Assembly (NCBI GenBank): GCA_018059685.1
Contig: JAGOXN010000001.1
Coordinates: forward strand, 1-58,988
Length of the DNA stretch: 58,988 bases
Direction: 5' to 3'
Source of the DNA: Steroidobacteraceae bacterium
GTDB lineage: Bacteria > Pseudomonadota > Gammaproteobacteria > Steroidobacterales > Steroidobacteraceae
In this document: positions 58,552 through 58,988 of the stretch, in pieces
Position numbering within the stretch: position 1 is the first letter of the stretch
Layout: every line of letters begins with the position of its first letter
Position numbers and translations under genes: made by a program
The notes under the pieces: generated by a model
The model's database searches: none
Told to the model about the DNA's origin: nothing
What the model saw: the letters and a program-made list of their open reading frames with translations, nothing else

Positions 58552-58561
58552 GTTCGTACGA
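58552..58561. promoter_or_regulatory. Perfect 10-bp palindrome TTCGTACGAA upstream of the antitoxin (candidate operator)
   Basis: Read directly from the sequence. It lies 9 nt upstream of the antitoxin ATG (58543), in an AT-richer intergenic region. The operator role is inferred from typical type II TA autoregulation. Confidence 0.3.
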
Positions 58562-58841
58562 ATGTAATTACCTGTCAAAGTCTGTGGTTGCCAGCACCAC
58601 CTGGCCGACAGGCAGGAATTATCATTCAACTCAGTACGTTTTTGCAGTACTTGGCGACATGTTCGCGTCACAAACTCAACTTGCGCCATGGAGCCCAGCT
58701 CGAAACAGTCGCGGGCATGGAATTCGTGTGGAATCCATGATTCAAGTAAGGTGCGCTCAGAGTCGGGCTCGGACTTCGGGCGGTTGCTGGCGCTCTGAAC
58801 ACCGAGCCGCTCTCCCCTGCCCGGAGCGGCCCTCGTCGAAC

Positions 58842-58988
58842 ATGCCATACACCTCCCACGCATCCGACTTCGAAATCACGCTCGATCCCACGGCGCCTGC
58901 GACTGCGACCGTGCTGCTGCTGCATGGCCTCGGGGCCGACGGCTGGGACTTCGTGCCGATCGTGAACGAGCTCGCGCTGGCGATGCCG
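58842..58988 (+). CDS. Carboxylesterase/phospholipase family alpha/beta hydrolase, 5' part (runs off the right edge)
   Basis: Translation MPYTSHASDFEITLDPTAPATATVLLLHGLGADGWDFVPIVNELALAMP. The block LLLHGLGADxxDFxPI is typical of the carboxylesterase II / Abhydrolase_2 N-terminus. Confidence 0.6.
   Translation, partial: MPYTSHASDFEITLDPTAPATATVLLLHGLGADGWDFVPIVNELALAMP

Noticed and set aside
58540-58863. A 107-aa minus-strand ORF and an 85-aa ORF (58668..58925) spanning the antitoxin/esterase intergenic region.
   Set aside because: They have no motifs and atypical composition, and they overlap the likely promoter/operator region and the 5' end of the esterase gene. They are probably non-coding.

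Overview
About 59 kb of a very G+C-rich proteobacterial chromosome. The gene order resembles Pseudomonas and E. coli (yceD-rpmF-plsX, rluC/rne, lol-comEC-exbBD-msbA-lpxK-kdsB, rpoE-rseABC-lepAB-rnc-era-recO-pdxJ-acpS, recJ-prfB-lysS). Together with CTGT-N8-ACAG LexA boxes, this points to a Gammaproteobacterium; I cannot name the species from sequence alone. I support about 66 protein-coding genes. All products were recognised by eye from the translated ORFs, with no database search. I found no rRNA, tRNA, CRISPR array, transposase or integrase. Most long ORFs in the six-frame track are shadow ORFs of the kind expected in high-GC DNA; real genes were picked by recognisable motifs, and several starts were trimmed to internal ATG/GTG/TTG codons that abut or overlap the upstream stop codon. 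Positions 1-51.5 kb are densely packed core genome, including two long co-directional minus-strand arrays at 12.3-23.1 kb and 28.1-44.9 kb. The most unusual content is at the right end (51.7-58.8 kb). It holds a tightly packed ECF sigma / zinc-finger anti-sigma / exported TPR-CHAT (caspase-like) protease module, a divergent secreted orphan of visibly lower G+C, and an AbrB-type antitoxin with a Doc toxin. Other points worth a second look: a succinate dehydrogenase maturation island (ygfZ, DUF1674/SDHAF4-like, sdhCDAB, sdhE, ygfX) whose last gene overlaps the rpoE start codon; a PolB-like DEDDy exonuclease wedged between acpS and rlmD; an orphan ExbBD motor in the LPS/lipoprotein export cluster; a degenerate GGDEF (GDDEF) protein; the prfB +1 frameshift site; and tandem SOS boxes in front of a truncated lexA at the left edge.
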